NCBI GenBank assembly: GCA_030390025.1 | Contig: CM059431.1 | Coordinates: 99,822,001 to 99,886,000, forward strand | DNA from: Squalus acanthias | Lineage: Eukaryota | Direction: 5' to 3' | DNA: 64,000 nucleotides | Shown: positions 36,816 through 49,744 of the stretch, piece after piece | How the letters are laid out: each line of letters starts with the position of its first letter | How positions within the stretch are numbered: the first letter of the stretch is position 1 | The notes under the pieces: generated by a model | The model's database searches: none | What the model saw: the letters and a program-made list of their open reading frames with translations, nothing else | Told to the model about the DNA's origin: nothing | Program-made: the position numbers and the translations under genes

Positions 36816-37174
36816 CCCATTTTAAGCCCGTCTAGCGGGTGCAGCGCGATCTAATTTCTAACTTGCGATGGAGGAAAATGTCAAAAATAAGTGACTGCAT
36901 TTATGTAATTAAAACAAACGAGATTGCTGCACTTGATATTTCTCTCTCTCTATCGCTCTGTTTTTTAGCGTGAGTGGAGAACTAAAGGTAGCTGTGAGAT
37001 CTGTGTAACTTTTAACTTTATCATACCAGTTGTAACCATAGAATCATAGAATCTTACAGCACAGAAGGAGGCCATTCAGCCCATCGTGCCTGTGCCGGCT
37101 CTTTGAAAGAGTGATCCAATTAGTCCCACTTCCCCCTGCTCTTTCCCCATAACCCTGCAAATTTTTCCCCTTCA

Positions 37175-40100
37175 AGTGAGGCATGTATGGGGACCCAGGA
37201 GGTAGTGATGGAGGAGCCTCAGCCCTTGCTCTTGTCCAACAGTTACGAGGTTCTTACTCTCTGTGTGGGCGAGAGCAGGGACTGCAGTGAGGATGAGCAA
37301 ATTGACCACAGCACCGTGGTACAGGGAGCCATTCAAGTGGGGGGAGCAAAAAGAAATGTGGTAGTGGTAGTGGTAGTGGTAGGGGACAGTATAGTTAGAA
37401 GGATAGACACTGTTCTCTGCAGCCAAGAGCATGAGTCCCAAAGGCTGTGTTGCCTGCCCAGTGCCAAGGTTAAGGACATCTCCTCTGGGCTGTAAAGGAA
37501 CTTAGAGTGGGAGGAGAAAGATCCAATTGTCATGGTCCATGTAGGTACTAACAACATAGGTAGGACAAAGAAAGAGGTTCTGCTGAGGGAGTCTGAGCAG
37601 CTAGGGACTAAATTAAAAAGCAGAACCACAAAGGTAATAATCTCTGGATTACTACCTGAGCCACGTGCAAATTGGCATAGGGTAAATAAGGTCAGAGAGA
37701 TGAACGAGTGGCTCAAAGATTGGTGTGGGAGAAATGGGTTTCGATTCTTGGGGCACTGGCACCAGTACTGGGGAAAGAGGGAGCTGTTCCGTCGAGACGG
37801 GCTTCACTTTAACCATGCTGGGACCAGTGTCCTGGCGAATCGAATAACTAGGGCTGTAGATAGGGCTTTAAACTAAATAGTGGAGGGGAGGGATACGCTG
37901 AGAGAAAATTAAAAAAGTTAAAGAAAAATGAAAAGGCAAAAGTGCAGGGTTGCAATTATGGTAATAATAACCAGAGTGTGACAGGAAGGGACAGAGCGTA
38001 TACACAGAAAGAGGGGTCAGAGTAGGGAAAAATGGTAAAAAGACAAAATTAAAAGCTCTATATCTGAATGCACACAGCATTCGTAACAAGATAGATGTGT
38101 TGACAGCACAAATAGAAATAAATGGGTATGATCTGATAGGCATTACAGAGACGTGGTTGCAAGGTGACCAAAGCTGGGAACTGAATATTCAGGGGTATTT
38201 GCCATTTCGTAAGGATAGGCAGAAAGGAAAAGGAGGTGGTGTAGCTCTGTTAATAAGGGATGAGATCAGTGCAGTGGTGAGAAATGATATTGGCTTGGAA
38301 GATCAAGACTCAGGGGGTGATTTTGCCAGCCCTGGGGAGGTGGATTTGGAGGCGGGACTGCCAGGAAAATGGCAGAATCTGGGGGCGGTACCCATCCCGC
38401 CCCCAACCCGCCTCTGTGCCATTTTCCCAGGAGGCGGGTAGCCGACCCGCGCCGCGTCCCGTCTCCTGGAGGCGGGAAGGGGATTACAGCCACTGAACTG
38501 CCTGAAACTTTGTTTCTCTCTCCACAGATGCTGTCTGACCTGCTGAGTATTTCCAGTATTTTCTGTTTTTATTTCAGATTTCCAGCATCTGCAGTATTTT
38601 GCTTTTGTATAAAGAGAGAGAAGATAGATTATGAGAGTAAGCTAGCAAAAATATAAAAACAGATAGTAAAAGCTTCTACAGGTATATAAAAAGGAAGAGA
38701 GTAGCTAAAGTAAACGTTGGTCCCCTAGAGGATGAGTCTGGGGAATTAATAATGGGAAACAGGGAAATGGCGGAGATTTTGAACAAATATTTTGTATCGG
38801 TCTTCATGGTAGAAGACACTAAAAGCATCCCAATAATAATAGATAATCAAGGGGCTATTGGGGTGGGGTGGGGGTGGGGATGGGGGTGGGGGCGGGGAGG
38901 GGGGAACTTAAAACAATCACTATCACTAGAGAGAAAGTACTAGGCAAACTAATGGGACTAAAGGTGGACAAGTCCCCTGGACCCATTGGCCTGCAGCCTA
39001 GGGTCTTAAAAGAGGTGGCTGCAGAGATAGTGGATGCATTGGTTGTAATCTACCAAAATTACCTGGATTCTGGAGAGGTCCAGCGGACTGGAAAACCGCA
39101 AATGTAACACACCTATTTAAGAAAGGAGGGAGACAGAAAGTAGGCAACTATCGACCAGTTAGCCTAACATCTGTCACTGGGAAAATGCTGGAGTCCATCA
39201 TTAAGGAAGTGGTCGCAGGACATTTAGAAAATCATAATATATTCAAGCAGAGTCAGCATGGTTTTATGAAAGGGAAATCATGTTTGACAAATTTGCTGGA
39301 GTTCTTTGAGGATGTAACGAGCAGGGTGGATAAAGGGGAACCAGTAGATGTGGTGTATTTGGATTTCAAGAAGGCATTCGATAAGGTGCCACATAAAAGG
39401 TTCCTGCACAAGATAAGAGCTCACGGGGTTGGGGGTAATATTTAAGCATGGATAGGGGATTGGCTAATTGACAGAAAACAGAGAGTCGGGATAAATGGGT
39501 CACTTTCAGGTTGGCAAACTGTAACTAGTGGGGTGCCGCAGGGATCAGTGCTGGGGCCTCAGCTGTTTACAATCTATATTAATGACTTGGATGAAGGGAC
39601 CAAGTGTAATTTAGCCAAATTTGCTGATGATACAAAGATAGGTGGGAAAGCAAATTGTGTGGAGGACGAAAAGAATCTCCAAAGGGATATAGATAGGCTA
39701 AGTGAGTGGGCAAATATCTGGCAGATGGAGTATAATGTGGGAAAATGTGAGGTTATCCACTTTGGTAGGAAAAATAAAAAAGCAAATTATTTAAATGGAG
39801 AGAGATTACAAAATGCTGAGGTACAGAGGGATCTGGGGGTCCTTGTACATGAATCACAAAAAGTTAGCATGCAGGTACAGCAAGTAATTAGGAAGGCAAA
39901 TGGAGTGTTGGCCTTTATTGCAAAGGGAATGGAGTATAAAAGTAGGGAAGTCCTGTTACAACTGTACAGGGCATTGGTGAGACCACACCTGGAGTACTGC
40001 GTACAGTTTTGGTCTCCTTATTTAAGGAAGGATAAACTTGCTTTGGAGGCAGTTCAGAGAAGGTTCACGAGGTTGATTCCAGAGATGAAGGGGTTGTCTT

Positions 40101-40550
40101 ATGAAGAAAGATTGAGCAGGTTGGGCCTATACTCATTGGAGTTTAGAAGAATGAGAGGGAATCTTATTGAAACATATAAGATTCTGAAGGGGCTTGACAG
40201 GGTAGATGCAGAGAGGATGTTTCCCCTCGTGGGGGAATCTAGAACTAGGGGGCATAATTTCAGAATAAGGGGGCACCCATTTAAGACGGAGATGAGGAGG
40301 AATTTCTTCTCTCAGAGGGTCGTGAATCTTTGAAATTCTCTTCCCCAGAGAGCTGTGGAGGCTGGGTCAGTGAATATATTCAAGGTGGAGATAGACAGAT
40401 TTTATGAACGATAAGGGAGTCAAGGGTTATGGGGAGCGGGCAGGGAAGTGGAGTTGTGGCCAAGATCAGATCAGCCATGATCTTATTGAATGGCAGAGCA
40501 GGCTCGAGGGGCCAAGTGACCGACTCCTGCTCCTATATCTTATGTTCATA
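37175..40550 (+). mobile_element. Long degenerate CR1: ORF1 SGNH-esterase, ORF2 endonuclease start, RT and tail; internal deletion filled by a MITE end (38313-38490) and a PLE-like piece (38500-38610)
   Basis: GDSIVR, HVGTNNI, DGLHFN; YLNAHSIRNK, GITETW, RKDR...GGGVAL; PQGSVLGP, FADDTK; several stops and frameshifts. Confidence 0.93.
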
Positions 40551-40919
40551 TGAATAAATATTTATCCAATTCCCCTTTTGAAAGTTACTATTGAATCTGC
40601 TTCCACCGCCCTTTCAGGTAGAGCATTCCAGATCACAACAACTCGCTGAGTAAAACTTTTTTTCCCTCATCTCCCCTCCGGTTCTTTTGCCAATTATCTT
40701 CAATCTGTGTCCTCTGGTTACCCACCCTCCTGCCACTGGAAACAGTTTCTCCTTATTTACTCTATCAAAACCTTTCATAATTTTGAACACAGTACGTATG
40801 GGTTCAAAGAGCAGCATGATTGCACAATGCATTATATATCCAAATATTGTTTGAGGAAGTAGTCAGAGGCAGGTTGTCAGTTATAATTTATGATGAGGTG
40901 CCATGCAAAGGTGCAAATG

Positions 40920-42062
40920 AGCCATGGCTCAGTGGGCAACACTCTCAGCTCGGAGTCAGAAAGTTGTGGGTTCAAGGTCCACTCCAGAGACTTGAGCACA
41001 AAATCCAGGCTGACACTCCACTGAGGGACTGCCGCACTGTCGGAGGGGCGGTACTGAGGGAGCGCGGCACTGTCGGAGGGGCAGTACTGAGCGAGCGCGG
41101 CACTGTCGGAGGGGAAGTACTGAGCGAGCGCGGCACTGTCGGAGGGGCAGTACTGAGCGAGCGCTGCACTGTTGGAGGGGCAGCACTGAGGGAGCGCCGC
41201 ACTGTCGGAGGGGCGGTACTGAGGGAGCGCCGCACTGTCAGAGGGGCGGTACTGAGGGAGCGCCGCACTGTCGGAGGGGCAGTACTGAAGGAGCGCGGCA
41301 CTGTCGGAGGGGCGGTACTGAGGGAGCGCTGCACTGTCGGAGGGGCAGTACTGAGGGAGCGCTGCACTGTCGGAGGGGCAGTACTAAGGGAGCACCGCAC
41401 TGTCGGAGGGGCGGTACTGAGGGAGCGCCACACTGTCAGAGGGGCAGTACTGAGGGAGCGCTGCACTGTCGGAGGGGCAGTACTGAGGGAGCACCGCACT
41501 GTCGGAGGGGCAGTACTGAGGGAGCGCTGCACTATCAGAGGGGCAGTACTGAGGGAGCGCCGCACTGTCGGAGGGGCAGTACTGAGGGAGCGCCGCACTG
41601 TCGGAGGGGCAGTACTGAGGGAGCGCTGCACTGTCGGAGGGGCAGTACTGAGAGAGCGCCGCACTGTCGGAAGGGCAGTACTGAGGGAGCACCGAACTGT
41701 CGGAGGGGCGGTACTGAGGGAGCGCCGCACTGTCAGAGGTGTCATCTTTTGAATGAGACACTAAACTGAGGCCCCCATCTGGCCTGTCAGGTCGACATAA
41801 AAGATCCCACGGCACTATTGGAAGAAGAGCAGGGGAGTTCTCCCCGGTGTCCAATATTTATCCCTCAACTAACATCACTAAAACAGATTATCTGGTCATT
41901 TATCACATTGCTGTTTGTGGGAGCTTGCTGTGCGCAAATTGGCTGCTGCGTTTCTCACATTACAACAGTGACGACACTTCAAAAGCACTTCATTGGCTGT
42001 ACAGCGCTTTGAGACGTGCAGTGGTCATGAAAGGCGCTGGAGAAATGCAAGTCTTTCTTTTT
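40920..42062 (+). mobile_element. Full-length DeuSINE containing 22 units of the 33-bp repeat (~41020-41740)
   Basis: A/B boxes, array, Deu core and tail in order; cactgt-type motif every 33 bp from 41035 to 41728. Confidence 0.93.
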
Positions 42063-42589
42063 CTGTAAGGACAGAGGAGACACGAGAGAGAGTCTCCCTG
42101 CACTGCTCTCACACACCTTGTAACAGATGGTTATGGAGCAGAATTGGCAAACCGGTCACGTCCCTGTGCCAGGAATGGTGTGAAGCATGGCGGTGACGGG
42201 GGCCGAGGGGGGGGAGAGACCCAAGAAAGGAAAGATAATAAAAAAAGAACCTTCCAAAATCTGGAAAATAGAAATTGGTCTGTACAAAATTTTAAATATA
42301 ATCCTGATCTCAATTTTGAAGAGATTTAAATCTAATACTGAAACCTTTTCCTTCAGTCTGCTGTGTTAAATATGGAAACATAAAAAACAATTTTGAAGTA
42401 TAACCAGTTAGTAGTTACTATTTATTCCAGTCAGTAACTCACAGCCGGTGCTAATTTACTGCCTCATTTGCGCTGCATTAATTCTTGTCAGGCCTCTTCA
42501 ACTCTGGAGTTCCTGCACTTTACTGCACCAATACTTCTCTTACTACATCCTCTGAAAATATGGGCCCTGAATACTAGATATCACTGTGA

Positions 42590-44045
42590 ATCTAGGGGAA
42601 AGAGCAGGGGGGAGCGGGACTAATTGGAGAGCTCTTTCAAAGAGCCGGCACAGGCACGCTGGGCAGAATTGCCTCCTTCTGTGCGGTATCGTTCTATGGT
42701 CTCAGAATACATAAGAACATAGGAATTAGGAGCAGGAGTCGGCCATTCGGCCCCTCGAGCCTGCTCCGCCATTCAATGAGATCATGGCTGATCTCTGACC
42801 TCGACTCCACCTTCCCGCCCGATCCCCGTATCCCTCGATTCCCCAAGTTGGTGAATTCAGTTGCATTCTTAGTGCAGATGTTATGTTTTTCTGTAATTCT
42901 TCTGTAATTAATGTTTATTCTCTCCCTGGGATTTGAAGTATGAGGGTGTTATTGAAGTAAGAAAATGGGGTATTAGGCGAGGTGATTCATCCACTGGTTC
43001 CTGACCTCTGCTTCTTTTGAGATTAAATGTTGAGCGTGACTGTTACAGCCCACAAAAACCCCAGCAGCCAAACAGCATATTATTTATCCGCTCGAAGTGT
43101 ATGTTTCTTTTTGTTTTACTGATTTGTAGCTTGACTCTTCAAAGCAGCAACGAGTTGAGGAAGATGAAAACAAAATTACAATCTTTACACTTTCAGTTCA
43201 ATGTAGAGGATTAAATCGTCGATGTGCCAATGCAGAACATCCACCGTAATTAAAGGGCACGGTGCAACTCGGCTAAATGATGCTGCTGACTCAGGAAAGC
43301 AGGCAAGGACTGCTCAAAGATCAAGAGATCAGTTTACATAGAATTTACAAGCTATACACAGGCCATTCGGCCCAACTGGTCGGTGCCGGTGTTTCTGCTC
43401 CACACCAGCCTCCTCCCTCCCCTCTTCATCTCACCTCATCAGCATATCCTTCTATTCCTTTCTCCCTCGTGTGTTTATCTAGATTCCCCTGAAAGGCATC
43501 TCTGCTCTTCGCCTCAATCCCTCCCTGTGGTAGCGAGTTCCACATTCTCACCACTCTCTGGGTGAAGAAGTTTCTCCTGAATTCCCGATTGGATTTATTA
43601 GTGACTATCTTATATTGATGGCCTCAAGTGTTGGTCTCTCCCACAAGTGGAAACATCTTCTCTACGTCTACCCTATCGAACCCCTTCAGAATTTTATAGA
43701 CCTCTATCAGGTCGCCCCTCAGCCTTCTCTTTTCTAGAAAAAAGAGCCCCAGCCCGTTCAATCTCTCCTGATAGGTATAACCTCTCAGTTCTAGTCACAG
43801 AATCCTCATCAGTGATCTGTATCTTAACTCCATCTACCCCCCTAGGTTCTGTAACCCTTAATACCTTTACCCAACAAAAACCTATCAATCTCAGTTTTGA
43901 CATTTTCAATTGACCCCCAGCCTCAACAGCTTTTTGGGGGAGAGAGTTCCAGATTTCCACCACCCTTTGTGTGAAGAAGTGCTTCCTGACATCACCCCTG
44001 AACGGCCTGGCTCTAATTTTAAGGTAATGACCCCCTTGTTCTGGA
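42590..44045. mobile_element. Several CR1 fragments: 42590-42700 (+), 42708-42845 (-), 43335-43795 (-), 43800-44045 (-)
   Basis: Similarity to CR1 tails and the ORF2 C-terminus. Confidence 0.8.
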
Positions 44046-44293
44046 TGTTTCAGCCAAGGAAAAGAGAACTCTTTTAAAACATAATGCTTAATATGCAAGG
44101 TGAGTACACTGCAATTCTCAAAAAGTATAAATGGGGCAATTAAACAGAGAGGTCTGAGAATATGCTGTAACTGATTAAAAGCGAACAATTGGGAACTAGT
44201 GACCACCACATAATTAAGATCAATGTAAAAATAGAAAAGGATAATGGAGAGTCGAAGATAGGGCTCTGGACTGGTAAAAGACCCTTTTCAGAT

Positions 44294-44722
44294 GCGGTGG
44301 CATAGTGGTTAGCACTGGTGCCTCACAGCGCCAGAGACCCGGGTTCGAATCTGACCTCGGGTGACTGTCTGTGTGGAGTTTGCACATTCTCCCCGTGTCT
44401 GCGTGGGTTTCCTCCGGGTGCTCCGGTTTCCTCCCACAGTCCAAAAATGTGTGGGTTAGGTTGATTTGGCTATGATAAATTGACCCTTAGTGTTAGGGGG
44501 GATTAAATATGTGGGGTTATGGGGATAGGATGGGATATGTTAGGGGGAATTAAATACGTGGGGTTACGGGGGTAGGGTGGGATATGTGTACTGTGGGGAT
44601 TAAAGCAGGGACAGGGTACTGGATTTGGATGATCAGCCATGATCGTATTGAATGGCGGAGCAGGCTCGACGGGCCGAATGGCCTACTCCTGCTCCTAGAT
44701 TCTATGTTTCTATGTTTCTATG
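44294..44722 (+). mobile_element. HE1-type V-SINE (elasmobranch) with a CR1-derived tail
   Basis: tRNA head (TGGCATAGTGG, GGTTCGAATC); V-domain tgtgtggagtttgcacattctccccgtgtctgcgtgggtttcctccgggtgctccggtttcctcccaca; tail gatcagccatgatc...ggcctactcctgctcct(tctatgtt)n. Confidence 0.9.
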
Positions 44723-44879
44723 TATTAACCGGACAGAAAAGATAGCAAACAGGACATTGGCTCAAGATTGAGATTTCTTCAACTATATGATGGATAGAGT
44801 ACAAAACTACTGAATGATGGGAAACCAAAACTAGGGACCATAAACATAGAATCATCGAAACTTACAGCACAGAAGGAGA

Positions 44880-45860
44880 GGGCTGAATTTTGCCGGCGCT
44901 CAGAGGGCGGGTTTGGAGGCGGGTCCGCTGTCAAAATCGAAATGATTGACAGTGGGTCGGGAACCCGCTCCGAACCCGCCTCCATGTAAGTTTCCAAAGT
45001 GTCGGGTCTGCGATTTCAGAACAGGGGAGGCATTTAATGTAGTTAAATACTTGTTAACTACTATTTTGCCAGCCTATTTCTATTTTACCACTTTTTTAGC
45101 GAGGTTCACGTTGTTCGGAGATCACGTCAGGTAAGTAGGTCGGGTTCTCGATGTCTCCCCATTGCTGTGAATAGCTGACAGCTGCAAAAGTGGTATAAAG
45201 GCTACCATTTCACAGCTGGTCACTTTCCAATGTCAGAAGCTTGAGTCTTCAGGACTTGGAAGACACTTTTGAGCTGTATGCAGTTTCGAATAAACTCTCT
45301 ATCCAGTGTCACCTCCTTGGAGCAACCTCTCTCACCATTGACAGATCGCTTCTGTCATCTCAACTTTTGCTGCCATCTATTCCAGCAACATCGGTGCCCT
45401 TGAAAAAATCTCACCTTGGTCCTCTGAATCCCTCCACGATCAGCCCCAACACCAACATCACCAGGCATACCAACATCACCAACAACAACACCAACCTTCT
45501 CCGCAATCACCTGATGCTGCACAGGACACAGGGCATCAGCACCCGACAACATTGCTGCCCGGGAGGCCAGCGAGGCATCACCATGGCAAGATTTACTTCA
45601 CTTGACGCTGTAAACCCTGGCTGCCACATGATGCGCCAGGTTGACACCACCCCACACCAGCACCATAAAGCATCCCTACAATGTCCAAGCCATTCCTTAC
45701 ACACTCATCACCATTGTGGGCGGGGGTGGGGGGAGTTATGTCTCAGCATTCACTGGAACTTACTAAGACACTTCCAAAGGTGCACATGGATCTGTCCAAT
45801 AAGGAAAAGTGTTGAAAATAAAGATTTCAATGTTTGACAACACATTAACAGAAAATTTAC
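44880..45860 (+). mobile_element. Truncated Harbinger element with an internally deleted transposase relic
   Basis: Starts GGGCTGAATTTTG, identical to 47131. Relic (I)GALEKISPWSS...QH-rich...IAAREA/ITMARFT resembles the 49577-49744 peptide. Confidence 0.65.
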
Positions 45861-45864
45861 ATGA

Positions 45865-46450
45865 ACTCTCGCCTCTGAGTCAGAAGGTCGTGGGTTCAAG
45901 TCCCACTCCAGGGACTTGAGCACATAAAGCTAGGCTGACACTCCAGTGCAGTACTGAGGGAGTGCTGCATTGTCGGAGGTGCCACCTTTCGGATGAGACG
46001 TTAAACCGAGGCCTCCGTCTGCTCTCTCAGGTGGGCGTAAAAGATCCCATGGCACTATTTCGAAGAAGAGCAGGGGAGTTCTCCCCGGTGTCCTGAGGTC
46101 AATATTTATCCCTCGATCAACATAACAAAAACAGATGATCCCACATTGCTGTTTGTGGGAGCTTGCTGTACACAAATTGGCTGCCGCGTTTCCTACATTA
46201 CAACAGTGACTGCACTCCAAAAGTACTTCATTGGCAGTAAAGCGCTTTGAGATGTCCGATGGTCGTGAAAGGTGCTATATAAATGCAAGTCTTTCTTTCT
46301 TTAAGACGCTTCTTAAAACCTACCTCTTTGAGCAAGCTTTTGGTCACCTGTCCCAATATCTCTATATGTGTCTTGGTGTCAATCTTTATCTGATTACGCT
46401 CCTGTGAAGCGCCTTGGGGCATTTTACTACGTTAAAGGCGCTAAATAAAC
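45865..46450 (+). mobile_element. DeuSINE (45865-46300) joined directly to an L2 tail (46300-46450)
   Basis: Identity to other copies. Confidence 0.88.
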
Positions 46451-47411
46451 ACGACAATCCTTCTGAAAGCACATGTAGACAACCTGCTTCCAGGCCTACA
46501 CTCTGAAATCAATTGCCAGGAAATATATAACTAAGCCCTATGGTGTTACTCACCTGATCTTCCCTCGTTCCTGCTCAATACTTTCCCACAATGTGCGGCC
46601 AAGAAACAGTTTCTGTTTTAAAGATAATGTTCCCCCTAATGAAATCCTGCACTGCGTGTAACACAAGTACTTACTGATGATTGCATTTTCAGTTTTACAT
46701 TCTGTACACTGCGCTCAGCCTCAACCATTCCTGTAAACCACTGTGTAATAGTCACTCTGCACATACTGCTAGCTCTCTGGCTGGTTTATTCCCATCAAAG
46801 TGCACAGCATGCTGTACAGGTTCCATTACACGCTTAAAGTCACTGTACCTACAGCACCCGAAACTGCAAAATCCGAACCCTGACTTTGTTTTAATCATAC
46901 AATTCCAGTTAGAATTTAAACAGGCGCTACCAGATTACCACCCTCAGCGTCTGTGTACAAACCAGGCACTTTGAAGATTCAACCAAGGTTACCAAGTAGT
47001 CCCAGTCACACACCACATTTGGACATTAAAGATGCCTCGGCTGTCGACTAATGTGGTATTAGTCACCAGCAGAAATGCAATCTGTCCATTTACATATCTC
47101 TCTTTTGATACGTCACACTGCACGCACTCCGGGCTGAATTTTGATACTGGGGCGGGCTGGGGTCGTGTTATCCGAATTCCGTGTTATCCACCCGACTCTC
47201 ATGAGATGTGTGTAACAAACGCGATTTTCCCCTGATTGGGCAATTGAGTTCCAGTGTGTGGGAACCCCTGGCCCAATTAGCTTTTCCAGTCTGAAAGTCG
47301 CCTCTGATGACGCCATCATTGCTGCTGCTTTTTAAGGTCTGCAAGAGGCCTTGCTTCCTTTGCAGACTGCCAACCTTCTGGCCTTTGTTCCTACAGTGAC
47401 CTGGAGGCATC

Positions 47412-49322
47412 ATGTGCACCAGCAAACCCAAGTTTGCTCCAAGATTCGAGGACGCCGCCCTGCAAGCCCTGATAGATGGAGCAAGAGATCATAAGGAGGT
47501 GCTCTTCCCTTCTTCAGGGAGAAAGAAGCCTCCTCAGCAAACAAAGACTGTGTGGCTCCAGGTGGCCCAGGAGGTGACTCCTCTATCCTTGATCAACAGA
47601 TCTTGGATTCAATGCCGCAAAAGATTTCATGACCTTGTGCGCACTGGAAAAGTGAGTATGACTTTCCCATCACCCTCAATCTGATACCCTTTGCCTCTCC
47701 TCACCAGCACTCAGCTTTAGCAACCTCTTCCTCCACATCCCACTTGACACTGACATCCCTGCACCCTTACCCATTTCCTCTCTCTCTATGGTCACATTCA
47801 CCTAACTATTCCACTATGCAGCCCTCACACTCCCTATCACTGTCATGCTATGCAAACAACTTACAACACACAGGATGGGCCCTTGGTCTTGCCACCTCAC
47901 TCCATCTTTGCCTCCTTATAAGCATCTATGAGATGGATTCTATAAACTCTCTCCTTCATTCTCACTCAAACTCCACTTGTCTCCCTCATTGCAGGAAAAG
48001 AGAGCTCACAATAAGCACGAAAGAGTGAGGACAGGAGGAGGGCCACCCTCAGTAGCCCAGCTCACCACCTGGGAGGAGGTGGCCCTGGAGATCGTGGGAC
48101 TCGATGATGATGCGCAAGTGGGGGACGGGCAGACGGGCGCAGCAGAGCAAGCCGGTAACAGAATAGTTGTTCATCTCTCTCATTGACATTGCATGAGTCG
48201 CTGATAATGATTCTGAAGCTCTAACAGTTGGACTTATGATCATCTGCAATATGCACTGTGCATGTCACCTTGGCCTCACATCTCTGACTTTTTCCTTTAC
48301 TCCCCCACAGGACCATCGCAAGCACCCGTCCCCACCATCCAGGAGGAACAGCCTGAGGCTCAAGACTCCTCAGAGGAAGCTGAAACCTCTGAGGGCGCAG
48401 CGTCAGCACAATTCAGCCAGGCCAGCACCAGTGCAGAGACTCACACCTCGGTGGGACCCTCGCGAGATAGAGTAGTGTTGTCACCTGGTAATCACAGCTC
48501 ACAAGTGAGCCTCAGCAGATGGTGGAGACAGGGAAAGCAGTAGAGCGTCCTCGTCAGAGGGCGCAGGACTCTCCCAGCTCGGCTCAGCTGCATGTCGACC
48601 CTCTGCTTCTAGGTCCATCCAGAAGAACAGCGGTGCTGGAACTCCAGGAACAGATGCAGGAGTCTCTGGCAGGTTTTGTCTCCAGGATTGCTGCAAGTGT
48701 GGAGCGAATGGAGGAGTCCATTGCGAACATGAGCAGAGCCTTTGTGGAGTCATTGGCGCATGAATGCATCACCATGGAAAGGATGGCAACCTCCATGGAG
48801 GTGATAAGTCGCCAGAGTGCAGAAAACATGGTGAGTGTTCTGAATAGGATGACATCTCTGGAGGAGCGATGGACATCTATTGAACAGAGAAACCAGACCT
48901 TCATGGAAGTCCTTCTGAGTAGGACTGCCAGTGCAGATACGGGTCCCCATGGCCCCCCTGATGTGCAGCAAGGTGCTCTCAAGCCACTTGCAAGCGCTGA
49001 GGTAGGCCTGACCCATGAGAGGGATGATGGTGGCAGAGAACAAGGAAGTGGGGGCTCCTTTCCAAGCGCTCACACTTCCATGCCACTGACAAGTCCTCGG
49101 TCAGAGCCCCACCAGAGTCTGCACCCAAGTGAGATCGGCGTCTCAACCCCTGCCCAACCGCAGGAGCAGCAGACTGTTGGCAAGCCCTCACAGGCTCGGC
49201 ACCCCAGAGGATGCCCACCCAAGGAGCAGCAACAGAGTGAGCAAGGGGCCTCCACATCTGCTGATGCCAAGGGGGAACCACCACGTAGAAGCACGCATAA
49301 GAGAAAGAAACTGCACAAATAG
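47412..49322 (+). pseudogene. Harbinger Myb/SANT-like DNA-binding protein gene, 3 exons (47412-47651, 47995-48154, 48311-49322), with one 1-nt deletion near 48490
   Basis: APRFEDAALQALI...LFP...W..VA..V...RSWIQCRKRFHDL|EKRAHN...RTGGGP; GT-AG introns with matching phases 0 and 1. Restoring 1 nt gives 470 aa ending PPRRSTHKRKKLHK. Confidence 0.85.
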
Positions 49323-49576
49323 TTACAAGGTTTGTCACTTGGGTGAAATGTTATGTTTAATTGTGATAAGCCATCAGTAGCTTCCTGTAACTAAAAAATC
49401 TGATGGCTACTGCTGCAGTTGTGGCCTGTGTCATCTCGCTATTGGGACTTCCACATTGCGGGCTTAGGAGGAGTAGCTGTCAGAATGATGGTCAGAGTGC
49501 TAGGAAGACGATGGGTCCTGGCCATTAACGGTGCTGTGGCAAGAAGCTGCGAGGCACAAATGGTTGCTTGGCTAGG

Positions 49577-49744
49577 CTAGGCAAATCTGGCCAAGATGAG
49601 TGCATTCCTTGCGTCCCGGCCAGCAATGGTCTCGTGTATTGCCGCCGCTGGTTGATGCGCCTCTGCCAGATGTTCGTTTTCTCTCTCCTCCTCCTCCTCG
49701 TCCTCATCTGATGTCCAGGGGGAAAGGAACCGAATGGTTCCCAT
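49577..49744 (-). pseudogene. 55-aa Harbinger transposase remnant (N-terminus joined to C-terminus)
   Basis: MGTIRFLSPWTSDEDEEEEERENEHLAEAHQPAAAIHETIAGRDARNALILARFA*. An acidic tract plus R..LI..RF is typical of PIF/Harbinger transposase C-termini; the DDE core is absent. Confidence 0.6.

Noticed and set aside
46545..46610. Possible ITGBL1 exon (minus-strand HCGK plus a CAG|GTGAGT donor)
   Set aside because: The remaining residues lack the expected cysteine pattern.
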